Assembly: GCA_964016885.1 (NCBI GenBank)
Contig: OZ024742.1
Span: forward strand, 133,176,001-133,240,000
Reading direction: 5' to 3'
DNA: 64,000 nt
Origin: Eledone cirrhosa
Taxonomy: Eukaryota
The notes beneath the pieces were generated by a model. It had not been told where the DNA came from, did no database searches, and saw only the letters and a list, made by a program, of their open reading frames with translations. A program made the translations under genes and the position numbers. Positions 30,880 through 45,155 of the stretch are shown in pieces (position 1 is the first letter of the stretch; each line of letters starts with the position of its first letter).

Positions 30880-32590
30880 GTGTTAATATTTAGTGGGCAT
30901 GAGAGTTAGAAGAGCGGAAAAACGTGAGAAATAAGAAATCGGAGAATACACCGTTAACACATGTTTATTTAAAACACCACCTACGTACGTTTCACCCAGT
31001 TGGGCTTCTCAAGGGCATAAATAATCAAAAGTGTTCCTTACATTGCTCGGAAAGAGTTTTTGGGGTTAAATCCACGTCAAGTTTCATTGCTCGCAAAAAT
31101 AGCTTGTTTTGATTTTGCAGCAGGTCAAGGGAGATAACTGTGGCCGGTGTTAGGGCAGTCTTTCCCGGACAACTTTTTTATCCGATACGAGATAAGGTTA
31201 CAACCTTACCATTGTCGATACTCATGTAATTAACGCTTATTTTGAGAGTTTTTTTAGCAGCATCTGTTTGTCTGAGACGTTTGAGGCTGGGTCTGGTATG
31301 CAAGGAAAGTTTCCTGGGTGTTATTTTGCAGCGCCTGCCCGCCGGAGTGTTAAGACTTGTTGCAGGGAGATCCGGTGAACGGTTTCACTCCTCATCCTTA
31401 ACCCATCTGAAGAAAGATATTTTTAAGCGATGTGCCCAACCTATCGCTGCTTCAGCTCTGCTGTTGATGAGCTCGTGGGGTGCAGTTATGATGTGGTAGA
31501 GCTCCATGAGGCAAAGATCGCATTTCCTCTTGAAGTTGTACGGTGCAGCCCTGCCGACAATATCGCAGTGCGTGGAGAAGCTGATGTGTATATCTTTTAG
31601 TGATGTGATATAGCCCGCGAGCGAAGTGGAGTGTCTTTATTTGTGAAAGAGTGGAGATGTGTTCGAAAACTAATTTTGAACGGGCCGGAGGTAGCCCCTA
31701 TATAATATTTAACGCTATTGTGGCTAGTTATAGTGCATCTATATATAATACCCTATCAGTCAAGCAGTATCCTCTAAGGGGGTAGCGTCCTCTGTCGTGG
31801 CAGTTGCAATTTCTGTCGCGGTTCCATCTATTTCCCACTGTAAGGCTATCATTGTTGCTGCCTACGTTGTTACCTGCGCTCCCGCAGCTGTCGTTACCAC
31901 CATTACAAACCACAGCACGCGGGTGGTGCGATTGTTATACCGCACGTCATGTCCTGCATGTTCCCCAGTCATTCTGCAGTTATGCTGGTTGCGTCTGCGG
32001 ATGCTGTTGCCCGCACTATTGGATCCTGCCAGGGAGTTGTTAAGGCCGATATAGTCATTGTCATGTGTAGGTGCGTCTGTGTCGAGGTGCTGTATCTTGG
32101 TGATCTTACTGTGGTTCGTTGTTCCTATGATGTCTGCTAGGTTAGGAGTAGTAGAGAAGGATATTTTTATAATAATGTATCTGAAAAAACACCCAGGAAA
32201 CTATCCTTGCAATCCAGATCCAGCCTCAAACGACTCAGACAAACAGATGCGGCCAAAAAAACTCTCAAAATAAGCGTTGATTACATGCGTATTGACAATG
32301 GCAAGGTTGTAACCGCATCTCGTAGCGGATAAAAAATTTGTCGGGAAAAGACTGCCCTAACACCGGCCAGAGTTACCTTCCTTGACCTGCTGCAAAATCC
32401 AAACAAGCTATTTTTGCGAGCAATGAAACTTGACGTGGATTTAACCCCAAAAATTCTATCCGAACAATGTAAGGAACACTTTTGATTATTTATGCCCTTG
32501 AGAAGCCCAACTGGGCGAAACATACGGAGGTGCTGTTTTAAATAAACATTTTTTAACGGTTTATTCTCCGATTTCTTACTTTCCCACGTA
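30880..32590 (-). mobile_element. PLE remnant (GIY-YIG fragment) bracketed by ~315-bp inverted pLTRs (30925-31240 / 32270-32588)
   Basis: Minus: RNCNCH..GRYPLRGYCLTDRVLY, YIGATSGPFK, APYNFKRKCDLCLME; arms are reverse complements, each with a TTGAGAA-type HHR. Confidence 0.82.
30977..31016 (-). ncRNA. Hammerhead, U3-A8 core variant (second copy at 32494-32532, +)
   Basis: Minus: cc-TTGAGAA-gccc aact gggt-GAAAC-gtac-GTA-gg; palindromic stem III acgtacgt. Confidence 0.62.
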
Positions 32591-33021
32591 TATATATATA
32601 TATAGATATATATATACACACATGATAAAGAATACATTACTAATTAATTATTTTTTCTTTTGTGTTAAGGGTTATCACTTAATATTTTAGGACATCACAT
32701 GAAACGTCAAACGTCGGCTGGATAGATGTGTGCTCTTGGTACATCATAATATGTAAACAAACAAAAAAAAAACACCTATTGTCTCTAATTTATGCTTACC
32801 GTCTCATATTTAGCTTTTTAAGTATTTACAAATTTGTCAGCTACAGCTACAGGTTTGTGTTTTATAATGTATCTGAAGATATACGACTAATTTAATCCTT
32901 TTAATGCACATATTTCGGTATATTAAAGGACATATTAACAAGACCTTTGAAGGTTTCTTATTTCATATGCCCACGTCTAAACAAATATAATGCCTTATGT
33001 TACTTAATTACTGTGTATGTT

Positions 33022-33163
<142 letters not shown>

Positions 33164-33232
33164 ATGAAGTTGGAAATAGCACGGGAGATATGTTCAAGGG
33201 TCTGTTTTTCTCTTCTGATACGTCAAAGTGAC

Positions 33233-33505
33233 ATTGTCAACTTTGCCTTTCATCCTTACGGGGTCGATAATATAAAGTACCAGTAATGCACTGGGGTAAT
33301 TGCTGGCCTTGTGCCAAATGTAGAAACAATTATTAAAAGCTAGTGTTATTAAAAAAAAGAGGCATAGTTACGTCCTTTTACGATCTGAGTTCAAATCCAA
33401 CCGAGGTTGACTTTGCCTTTCATCCTTACGGGGTCGATAAAATAAAGTACCAGTAATGCACTGGGTAATTGCTGGCCTTGTGCCTAAAGTAGAAACAGTT
33501 ATTAA
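33233..33505 (+). mobile_element. Two tandem 5'-truncated copies of the octopus-type SINE
   Basis: ctttgcctttcatccttacggggtcgataa...aagtaccagtaatgcactggg...gtagaaaca.ttatta twice. Confidence 0.85.
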
Positions 33506-34190
33506 AAAAAAGAGGGACAATTCTTTTTTAAAAACTTTTTTAAGAAGTACATAAAGTGTATTAAAAAATTACCAGTTTCGATCTATTAAAATCCGTCTTG
33601 CCAAAGTCTGTGAAAAAAGTTAATTAAAAGTGGAGTAAAAAAATAGTTTAAAATTAAAATTAAAATCAAAAACGATGTTTGAGTAAAATTTCATCCATCA
33701 TGCCTTCTGAAAAGTTGGCATGGAATGAGGCAAGTTGTTTTGTTTAATCTAGAGGTCAATAGTTCAAAAGGGGGTAGGGGATTATAGGAGCTGACTACTG
33801 TGGTAGGTTGATAGTGTACATACCAACACACCAGAGTGTGGGGTGGGGGTATGTACACGCATATGAGTGTGTGCATATATGTATGCATAAATATGTGTGC
33901 GTATATATGTGCTGGGTTGTTGTGTGTGTGTGTGCTTTTACAGTTTTTAGAACGGAATTAAGAAAAAGTTATTTCCTCTCCAAAATTCAGAAGATTGGCA
34001 AAAGTTAAGAGCTGAAATCTAAAGGATTCCCAGAATCCAAAAATTTAAAAATTAAACATTAACGAAGTTAAGAGAGTCAAGACAACTCTTCACTTTATAA
34101 CTGTAAATAACTTTCATAGCTTTCGACCATTATTGGGCCTAACCATGTCTAACTTATTAGCATATATATATATATATATAACGGCAGATA

Positions 34191-34301
<111 letters not shown>

Positions 34302-34311
34302 CGGCAGATAT

Positions 34312-35860
34312 ATATTAGCAGATAGCTAATTCCATACACCAGAGTATAACTGTAACTATCGACTACCCTTTAAAACACCCTAACAATAGACTACGTGTAT
34401 TAGACACGGAACTCTGGATTAATCGTATAGACGAGAGAGCCCAAATTCTACACTCACACTATGCTAAACCCATGGCCTCCAAATACCTGATACTCAAAGA
34501 CTCAGCAATGTCCAGTAGTGCTAAGTTTAATATTCTGATCGCAGATTTTGTACGAGTGATGAAGAATGTGTCCCGCATGTGCGACCCAACAGAAATGGAA
34601 AGACACATCCAACACTTCATCAACCGCATGCAGTTCTCTGGCTACAACCAAAGAGACAGAGTCAGAGTATACGATGAAGCCATGGAGAAGTATAAGACCC
34701 TCATAGAACTGGACAGGAAAGGAATTTTCCCATTATACAGGAGCAAATCATGGAATAGCTTAGATAGGGCTAGACATAAGATAGGGAAAGCCACCTCATG
34801 GTACGACAACCAGAGATACCAGAGTGTCATGTTTGTGGACGCTACCCCTGGAGGGAAATTAGCTAACCAGTGTAGAAAGGCCATGAGAAAGACCCACTTA
34901 AAGATTAAGGTGGTAGAAAAGCCAGGAACCACCATAAAATCCCTGATCAGCAAAACCTACCCTTTTAAGAAAACCCACTGTACTAATAGGAAATGTATCA
35001 TATGTAAGGTAAACCCCCGGATAAACTGTAAAACTAGAAACGTAGTCTATAGCATAAGATGTACAGAGGGTACTTGCAGAAACATGACAACAACATAAAT
35101 AGGCGAGACAGCTCGTAGCATAGGTGAGAGGATAGACCAACACTGGGGGGAACTAAAAGGACGAAAAAACGGTTCAGTACTATACGAACATGCCAGACAA
35201 CAACACGACGCGGCATAGACAACATAGAAATTAGAATAATATATAAACATAGAAATGACCCAGCAGATAGGCAAATCAGATAGGCCAGTGAAATAGAACT
35301 TAGAAGGCCAAGGCTAAACAGAAAGAATGAATGGAATAACAACAACACCCAAACAAACAACACTGACCTAAGAGAAGTATATATAAATAAATAGATAAAT
35401 AAATAAATACATACACCAGCACAATAACAACAAACACATATAAACACACACTAGTAAAGATAGAATACATTAACCAATACACAGTCACCCAATCACGAAC
35501 ACACATCAAACAAAACACTATACACACACGCAAACGCATGCGCAAAGAAGACAAAATAATATAACTAATAAATAAATATATAAACAGACTAAATAAAGAT
35601 GGCGTAAAAAATACATTGTAACGGGAGGAAACAATGGCACCACTGACGATGTGGCAGATGTGCAACGAAAGAACTTTGATAAACTATATATATGTGTTTG
35701 TGTCGATATTGTATCTGTATTATTTTTGACCGTTGGTCAGTCAATGGTAACATTGAGGACCGAATAAATTAGATTACCGATATACAGAAGCAAAAAGCGA
35801 AAACCAACCAAACAGTGAGTGTGTTCTGTTATTAATTCTGGCAATATTACACAAATATGA
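34312..35860 (+). mobile_element. 5'-truncated PLE of a distinct lineage (possibly Hydra-like)
   Basis: HYAKPMASK..., RMQFSGY, PLYRSKSW, VMFVDATPGGKL, KVVEKPG; C..C..C...C...NVVYSIRC..C, *IGETARSIGERIDQH...EH; HHR at 35641-35678. Confidence 0.82.
35641..35678 (+). ncRNA. Hammerhead motif
   Basis: ca-CTGACGA-t-gtggca gatg tgcaac-GAAAG-aa-CTT-tg. Confidence 0.62.
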
Positions 35861-35878
35861 CCCTCCCCAAGTATAACA

Positions 35879-35911
<33 letters not shown>

Positions 35912-35936
35912 GGTGTGTGTGTGTGTGTGTGTGTCT

Positions 35937-35982
<46 letters not shown>

Positions 35983-36116
35983 GTGTGTGTATGTGTGTGC
36001 GTGTCAGTGTGTGTGCGTGTGTATGTGTACGTGAAAGATAAAAAAAAATCAGAGCAAACAATACTTTAAAATATAGGTATATATTAATTTAAAACTTGAT
36101 ATAGATGGAAAGAAAT

Positions 36117-36154
36117 TGTAAAGCTTTCGAGCGGTAGTCCTTCATCGGGATACA
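36117..36154 (-). ncRNA. Hammerhead motif, CCGATGA variant
   Basis: Minus: tgta(tc)-CCGATGA-a-ggac tacc gctc-GAAAG-CTT-taca; stem II partly mismatched. Confidence 0.5.
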
Positions 36155-36484
36155 GAATGTGAAATTAAATAAAAAAATTGTAAGATATAGGTGAGTGTGA
36201 AGAGGAAAAAAGACGCAAAATACTGGTGGGTATGGGGAGGCATATGTATAATCAGTTCGCTATATTTGGAATGTGCAGGTCTTAATGTATATCTATCAAC
36301 AAAACAATCACATACGTACGTGCATAGAATTACAGTTAAAAAATGTATTTACACTTTTGAATAATACCTGTCCTTAAGGGCATCCCTAATTCTTGACTAA
36401 TTCGTCATTCCAGTACTGATTCACAAAAGTACCATTTACAAAGCTGCTGTTGATATTTCTTCTTCTACGTCCACTATTCATCCT

Positions 36485-36518
<34 letters not shown>

Positions 36519-36523
36519 AAAAA

Positions 36524-36785
36524 GTATGACCCCGACGGCAGAGCTCAAGCCGTTTTGGCGGCTAATTTTGGACTAAATAAGAATGTTTAGCCTGGTAAAT
36601 AAATAGCCCTATTTATTTACCAGGCTAAAAATTCTTATTTAGTCCAGAATTAGCCGTCGAAACGGCTTGAGCTGTGCCATCGGGGTCATACCTGTTCCTC
36701 TGTTCCTATTACCCACTCTACTACCCTTAGTTTAGAGTACTTTGTTGCGTTACGGTCCAACTAGGTTCCTTACCATTTTCCTTTG

Positions 36786-36788
<3 letters not shown>
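36524..36788 (+). mobile_element. Family H pLTR fragment with fold-back (palindrome 36524-36691)
   Basis: Centre ggtaaataaatag cc ctatttatttacc; flanked by (TA)n. Confidence 0.85.
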
Positions 36789-36862
<74 letters not shown>

Positions 36863-37757
36863 TAGACATACGTGTGTGTGTGCATGCTATATATACATTC
36901 GGAAGACTTTTAAAGATGTGCTTGTCACATCAATTAAGTTACTTATGTGGAAAAGTAAGCTTCACAGTATAAATTGGTTTAGACAGCTTTGCTCTACAGC
37001 AAACACACAAGGTCGCATATAAACACACAATTGCACGCACACTTAAACATACACGGAAAAACAGTTATTCATAAATACACACACATACACACACACATAC
37101 ACACACACGCACACACACACACACACGCACACACACACACGCACATATATATATATATATATGAACGTGCGTGTGTGTGCGCGGAGATGCATGTGTACTT
37201 ACGTGTCTGTATGTGCATATGTGTGTGTGGGCTTGTGTATAGATAATTGTATATGTTGTGTTTAAATACAAAGAATTTCAGAGTTGAGGTTAGTGATAGA
37301 ATTGTTTTGGCAGCAATACTGTCTTCTAGAATCTTGGCCAGATTTAAATGGGATTAATACAGTTTTAAGAGCCGAAAGATTGTTTATCATTTCGCCGTAG
37401 TTGAAATTTTCGCCAATTATAGAATACGATTGAAATATATTTTGTTTTTTCTTCTATACACATGTATTTGTTTTCCAAATGTATGGATAACCGGATCATT
37501 CCCTAAAAATCTACTTTAGAAGTTAAATCTAATCTTGCGTATATTTGCGCGATGATTCCAATTATACCATCAGTTTCCCTTTATGCCCCCTAGATTTTTA
37601 GCTCCACCATACTATATGCTGATTTATCCACTTGGGTGATATTATGGTCAAAGCAAACCCCTAAACCTCTGATGCCTTATAATTTACTTCTATACTGGCA
37701 TGTGCTGGAAGGTCTAATTTCAAAACAATCATAGAATTTCCTAACTTGTGTCTATTT

Positions 37758-38148
37758 TGGCAGTATCGGTAGAGGGTCAGACGCCATGCTTTCTAGCATA
37801 GTTATGTCCCTTTATGATCTGAGTTCAAATCCCGCCGAGGTTAACTTTGCCTTTCATCCTTGCGGGGTCGATAAAATAAAGTACCAGTAATGTACTGAGT
37901 AATTGCTGGCCTTATGCCAAAATGTAGAAACAATTATTAATTAAACAATAAGGGCGGTGGATTGGCAGTAACAGTAGAGGGTCGATCGCTATGGTTTGCT
38001 GCTTATAGTTACGGCCCTTTATGATCTGAGTTCAAATCCAGCCGAGGTTAAATTTGCCTTTCATCCTTATGAGGTCGATAACATAAGGCACCAGTAATGC
38101 GCTGTGGTAATTTCTGGCCTTGTGCCAAAATTAGAAACAATTATTAAT
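37758..38148 (+). mobile_element. Two tandem octopus-type tRNA SINEs (37758-37940, 37953-38148)
   Basis: A box tggcagtatcgg, B box gagttcaaatcc, conserved body and aattattaa tail. Confidence 0.88.
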
Positions 38149-40702
38149 TAAAGAACTGGCTACTCATTAGAAAATCAAATACAATTTAAACTTTTTAATG
38201 TTAAATACTACGAAAACTAACACAAATAGGATATTTAATATTACTCAGCAATAACTGAGTTCATTGCATACGAATCTATACTACATGGAACTCAACATTT
38301 ATTACATACATTATAAATTGATCAATCAGTAAACACACCAGACACTACATTCATAGCATTCATACATTCATTGAGTGTGATATATCAAAATAGCATCCCT
38401 TATGGTTCTGAATAAATTACCGTGATATATGTATCTCTCTTTCCCTGTTACCTTCTCTTTCATCGATATTTTTGTCGAGACAACCTTTTCACTTTATTTT
38501 CAAATCACCAAGCTTCTTTTAGAAAATGATAGATGTGATAGTGTAGTAAATGGAAATTGATGAGCCTGTGGTAACAACGTATTTTTATAGCACTGGGTAT
38601 CAACCATTTCAGATAAATTGAAAAATAAATGCAATACACAACACAATTTATTGGCGAGATATTCTCGATTTCTCCTATTCACTTAAGGAGCTTAAAAGTG
38701 TCTCTTTTTTAATGAGAGCTTATAAAATAATTGTAGCCTTCATCGTGTTAATTATTATAACCCCATCATGTCGTTAATGAATCACAATTGATAGGGCAAA
38801 TGTAATGCTACTTATTGCATCAATTCTCTCATATAAGGCAACAAAACGTGTTACTGAGGGCTCTAATTTTAATGTATGGCGTATGTATCCGCCTATTAAG
38901 GAGCATATATCCACCACTTCAAAAGAAGAGCATATATTAGGATTTTATATTTTCAGACATATTTAGAATTATTGCCATCGGTATAAACAAGGATAGGTCT
39001 AACTTCTTAGAGAATAACATTTATGATAATCAACAACAATTTTTACCTTGTTTATTGCCAATATATAGATAAGTCCCAGATCAAAATATCTGAGGATTAG
39101 GTAACAAACAATTCAGACTTCAGTTCCAGTGCCTCGAAGTTAGTCAATAATGTGTCTTAGGTATGAGACATAAATCATCGATTTGTCAATAATCTATGAA
39201 CACAATTGGCCTGTAACTCAGTTAAAGAGATTAAGAGCTACATTATGATTAAAGAATATACATAGAGTAGCCCTTTAAATAATTCAGTAATATGTGATGG
39301 AAAGGGAATATCCTGGCTTAAAACAGAAGGATCAAACGTTTGATGTGATCGAATAACAGATGGATTTGTGTATGAAGCAGGTTAGTTATATATTAGTTAT
39401 TTTCAGGAATTAATCATCCGGTATTTAAACAATGATTTAATCAATAGGCGATGTTGGTTAAATTTACTACTAAATTCAGCAATTACGAAGGATTACACAA
39501 GGCAAACCATTTTTTTTTAATTCACCATACATATGTGCATGTTTCTATCAACAGCGGTATCTCAAATTGCAAATATTTAGTTATGTGTGTCAATCTACCA
39601 GGAATAGTATCAGCATTAATTTAAAAATCAACTATGAAATACATTGTAGAACGAAATGATTTCGTAATAAAAATTCAATAAAACAATTTAAAAAAAAAAA
39701 AATAGACTTTTTTATGAAAAAAATTATAAAGTTTATTCGAACTTTTATTTTTACTAGTCGATAAAGAAAATTGGACTGTGAGAATGGCACCATGATTATC
39801 ATCTTATCTCGCCTCCATCTGCAAGCTTGCATATTTAAGAAAATCTAATCATAATTAGAAAAGAATGTGATATATATAGGAAGCAAAAGGGGAATGAGAT
39901 GAGGAAATTAGGATTTACATTAGAATATATGATAAATGAAATATAAGGAAACTAGTGGAAAGGGGACGAATCTCGAACATTCGGGAACTTAGAGAAACCG
40001 CAAGTGAGTGGGGAATGGCACAAACACAACGATAAAAACAATCGTCAGCCGACGGAAACAAAAGAGTCGGGATCCAAAGATCAACGAACAACTGCTTAGT
40101 CTCAGAATACAAATAAGTACATATTGAGTACAACACTAGTGGAAGGATAAGTAGGCTACGTGGAGGTAGTGAGAGATGCACCCGCCTTGAAAGTTCGTTA
40201 CGAATAAAGAGAATGTAAAATCACTTTTGGTCTGGATTGCAGAGAACAAAGGGATATGCTTGAGGAGAAAGCAAGGGAGATAATCTAGAGTGTTAAATGT
40301 ATGGAAAACAGCCACGATTAAAAATAATAAACCAAATATCAGAGAGATGAGAAAGTACAACGCTGCGTAGTAATATGTGATTATGTGTAATGAAAACAGT
40401 GACGGATACAGTAAACAGGGGCGGCTATAGCCATATTCTCTTCTTATTATCGTCTTCTTTTCTGCAAGACAGGACAAGTGGGACTCTAAACACTTTTTCT
40501 TCACAGCCACAATTCGAGGAGGTCACATATGGGACAGCCTCAATCTGACTTCCTTATCCATTTCCAAAAATTATACTCTCCTCATATTTCATCTGTGAGG
40601 CACTAGTTCAACACAAACACACACACATGCACAAACGCATATTTTTTTGGTTCTTTTTTTCTTCTCACTTCGTACTTTTATATTACTTCTTTTATTTATC
40701 CT

Positions 40703-40733
40703 TTTGACGAAAATTTGTATCCGAAACGTTTAA
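40703..40733 (+). ncRNA. Degenerate hammerhead motif
   Basis: tTGACGA-aaat ttgt atcc-GAAAC-GTT; C3 and stem II decayed. Confidence 0.4.
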
Positions 40734-40886
40734 CACGCTTTTATCATTATTTCAAATGTTAAACAAATACAAGTATTCATGGTACTGTAATGTTTCTTTT
40801 GTTATTTTTTGTTTACTTTTACACACACACACACACACACACACATACACACACACACATACACACACACACACATATATATATAT

Positions 40887-43800
40887 ATAATATTAAGGAT
40901 ACTATTTATGGTTATGTATATACTAATACTTTTTATAGTTATATATATGTTAAACCCTAAACAGTGAAGGTAAGTAATTTATTACTACCTTATTACCAGT
41001 AAGATAAATAGCTCAATGTAATAACATCAGTTGTTCTACAGAGCAGTTATATAGAATTCACAAGAATCAAAGTTTTGTTCAAAGCATTTATTCACTTACA
41101 ATTGTTTCATCCAAACCTAGGCGTGGAGTCTTAGGACCATTTTTCAATGTTTGTACACATAATTGACCTCCTTTCCAACGCAAGAGACATACAGATACAT
41201 ATATATATATTGATGTACAGTGGAGTGACATATATTATACTATATTATTTCTGTATAGCAGTTCAAATTCTAAATCAAAATTAAAATTAAAACAAAATTA
41301 AAACAAAATTAAAATACATCCGGCAGTTAACACAGATAATGCAGGAGGATAGTTTGTTAGTTAGATGTAGTAGTTAGTGTATGCGTTAGTTACACGTGGG
41401 GCATGCAAGTGTGTCCCATTTATATATGATTATTGTGTGGCAGGGTGTTACATGGAATACAAGCACTTTTAGCGGGTAAGTAAGAGTATTATGGTGGTTT
41501 TAGTGGTAAGATATTTTTTGTATATAAAAAAAAAAGTATGTGTGCAGATAAATAAAAATATAAAGGAGAAGCAAAAGTAAGTTATGGTTTTCGTATCCAC
41601 CACCATTTTCACATTCAGGAATAGTAATACAAGTTTTTACATCCATCACATAAGTAACGATGATTCCGTATTGGATGTTTGATGCAGTAAATTAAATTAT
41701 TTTAGCTTATTGCGGCTCAGTGTTATTTAATCTAAATTTATAGAATAGGTTGATTCTGCTGCGAGAATTTACAGCGGCTTATTATCCGGAAGTAAGTGTG
41801 TAATTAAGGGGAGTTAATGCGTAAGGGGAGGTAACTAGCTGATTTCCATAACTAAATTCATTGTTCTAACATACATTATAGGGCGCCTCAATTGAGTCCC
41901 ATATATAGACGGTTATATATTTATATCAGTTTCCAATTTTAAATACAGTCTACTCTATCATGATGTACTAGAGGTATCTATATTACGATGATTACTCCTT
42001 CTCATAGTGCTACAACTGAATACTCCATTCAGAGAGCCATATCGTTATATCAAAGTTCACTGCAAATGTAGTCTACTCTCAGAATATGTCAGGGGACCTA
42101 TTAGAATTATGTCTACATAACCCCTGGTAAGTTCTGAAGCAGCGTATGGCTGTTTGCATGTCAAAGCCAAATACATCTTTTGGGCAGACAAATACATTCC
42201 TCATTTACAATGTCATTAATCTATCCATCAAGTTATACTATTCATACACAATTCATACACATACTATTCATACACAATTCATTGCACTCAACATATAAGT
42301 TAGTCAGATCTTTTATGTTAATAAATTAATCTTATATATGTCCAATGTTATCACTCCATACATATAAATACAATTGCATATATAATTCATTGTCGAATCT
42401 GGTATTTAAAGCTTATATAGACTGTATTGTATCACTATATAATTATAAGTAATTGAAAGTAATTATACTAAAAGTAGGTGTTTATGGGGACATTCCTAGG
42501 GTATAAAGTTATAGATAGATAGAATGATTTGTGTCGAGATAAGGTGGATCAGAGAGTGTGGAGTTGTGTGGTGTAAGGTGTGCCCTTGAGGTGTGGTGCT
42601 AGAAGTGGTGATGGGTTCAAGTCTGACATTGTTATATATTGGGTTTAAAGTTTTGGAAGAAGTGCCGGAAGCGCTGCTGGCACGACGCAAACACTTCCGA
42701 TTTTTATTAAGGAGGTTATGGTTTGAGAGGATTATAGTATGGGTCTCTAGTAGACAGAGGTTACAGAATTTATTAGGTGGTTTGTACGATGCCGCCTTAC
42801 CTATCACTTCCCATTTAAGTGTATACAATCTATTTCTAGTTTTTTAGATAGTGTATTTAGCTAGATAGTGAAGTGGAGTTGGCTAGGCTGTGTTTTTTGA
42901 AAGAATGGAGGTGTAAATTGTATCTGGTTTTGAAGCAGTTCGAAGTAGAGCCTATATAGGTTTCAGAAGAGTTGCTAGTTATGACGCTGCATGGGTATAT
43001 GATGTCCTTGATTAAGCAGTTTTTATCTAAAGGGCAGGTTCTATTAGATCTACATTTACAATTATTTTGGGTGTTAACCTGGCGGTAATTATGCTGTGTA
43101 GAAATCTGGTTGCTAGGTATTGCATTATGGCTATGGGGGTTGTCGCTCCCAGCGTTATTGATTTCACTAGTGCTCTTACTATTATTACTATTGATATCAG
43201 GGTTTGCAGATATAACGTTGTTTTGAAGGTTTACCGCCTGCCGTGTTTTAGTTTGTTGAAGTAAGTATTAATTTTTCTTTTATTGCTACTAGCTATGCGG
43301 TATGCTATGTTAGGCGTGGTATAGTAGGAGATTTTAATGGTGTTTTTGTTAATAAGACTATGGTACTTGTGGCTAGATGGGAAGTTCTTATCCAGGAGTG
43401 AGAAGAAAGCCTTAAAAAGAAAGCCTTAGGTAAAATGTTCTTACTGATAATGCCAATGTCAGACTTGGAAGGGCAGATTAGTCTAATCGAGGGGTTGTTA
43501 ATGAAATCCTCCTTATGGTCCTTCAGAGAGAATCTAGGGGAGGGGAGGGAGTTGCTTCTCCTTTTTATTTTTATTTTTCTGCACACATACTTTTTTATTA
43601 TATACAAACAATACCTTACCACTATAACCACCATAATACTCTTACTTACCTGCTTAAAGTGCTTGTATTACATGTAACACCCTGCCACACAATAATCATA
43701 TATAAATGGGACACACTTGCATTCCCCACGTGTAACTAACGCATACACTAACTACTACATCTGACTAACAAACTATCCTCTTGCATTATCTGTGTTAACT

Positions 43801-44072
43801 CCCGAATGTATTTTAATTTTGTTTTAATTTTGTTTTAATTTTTATTTTTATTCTGATTTTGAATTTGAACTGCTATACAGAAATAATATAGTATAATATA
43901 TGTCACTCCACTGTACATCAATATAGATATATGTATCTGTATGTCTCTTGCGTTGAAAAGGAGGTCATTTATGTGTACAAACATTGAAAAATGCTCCGAA
44001 GACTCCAAGTCTAGATTTGGATCAAACAATTGTAAGTGAATAAATGCTTTAAACAAAGCTTTGATTCTTGTG

Positions 44073-44077
<5 letters not shown>
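40887..44077 (-). mobile_element. Family F1 PLE (Nematis-like), internally deleted, with ~500-bp inverted pLTR (41051-41535 / 43570-44077)
   Basis: Minus: LKDHKEDFINNPSIRLICPSKSDIGIISKNIL then directly FPSSHKYH..NKNTIKISY; NCKCRSNRTCPLDKNCL..IIY...YIGSTSNCFKTRYNLH...CNLC; HHR at 43992-44038 (+). Confidence 0.85.
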
Positions 44078-44130
<53 letters not shown>

Positions 44131-44135
<5 letters not shown>

Positions 44136-44335
44136 AACGAGTAGGACCCCGAAGGCTGAGCTCAAGCCGTTTCTACGGCTAATTCTGGACTAAAAGTCCA
44201 GAATTAGCCGTCGAAACGGCTTGAGCTCAGCCGTCGGCGTCCTACTCGTTCCTATTACCCACTCTACTACCCTATGTATTGTGTACTTTGGTGCGTTATG
44301 GTCCATCTGGTTCCTAACCACATTTCCTTCGTTAT
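44131..44335 (+). mobile_element. Family H pLTR fragment with fold-back (palindrome 44131-44255)
   Basis: Centre ctggact aaa agtccag; HHR 3' half GAAAcggct tgagctc agccGTC. Confidence 0.85.
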
Positions 44336-44474
44336 ATATATATATATATAACATTTATATAGATCCTGAACCAGCCATCTGTGAAACGGTCAAACCTACG
44401 TATAATAAATAAAGATCTTAAAATGAAATCTTGCTAAGTATTTAGTATATATGTTTATATCATGTTAAAAAATG

Positions 44475-45135
44475 GAGTTAAAGACTCACGTTAATCCCCT
44501 ATAATTTAATGAGCCCAAGGAATGGAATCGGTGCTCTTTATATATCAGTATGTAGAGAGAAGTACCCATAGAAATAAGTTTTCAATCATAGGGGATCAAA
44601 AACCACCAGCGTGATAAACCTATAGTCTACGAAAGGAAAGGTGAATACAAAACAATTTAAATAATATATTAAAGTGTAGTAACCATCCAATAGTCACTAT
44701 AACACACGGACATGCTCAAATTAGAGACTAAGCAGGCATCCTTGGTATAGAGAAAGGACATGTGCGTTTTATAGCCCATGATATTGGGAAAAGACCAAAA
44801 CATTGCTAAAAACAGCAGCCCAGCCGCATTCCACTTAAGAAGATTTACTTACATATGGAAATTAATTAGGAGCTAATATATCAAATTAAAAACAGAGTTA
44901 AAGGTTAAAGGCTCACGTTAATCCCCTATAATTTAGTGAGCTCAAGGAAAAGATTCCAGGTTCTTTATAAATCTATATAAATCTATAAATCTATATAGAG
45001 TGAAGTACACATAGAGATCTTTTTTAATCAGAGGAGGGAATCAAAACCACAAGAGTGATGAACATATTTTCTTCGAAAGGAATAGTGAATACAAATCAAT
45101 TAAAACAATAAATTAAAGTGTACTAAAGATCCAAT
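44475..45135. repeat. Diverged tandem duplication, period ~427 bp (1.5 units)
   Basis: ctcacgttaatcccctataattta at 44485 and 44912; similarity continues ~220 bp. Confidence 0.75.
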
Positions 45136-45155
45136 ATATTTATATATATATATAT

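Noticed and set aside
27203-32880. Lone CTGATGA (27204-27210 minus) and CTGAAGA (32873) boxes
   Set aside because: No matching stem II-GAAA-stem III downstream
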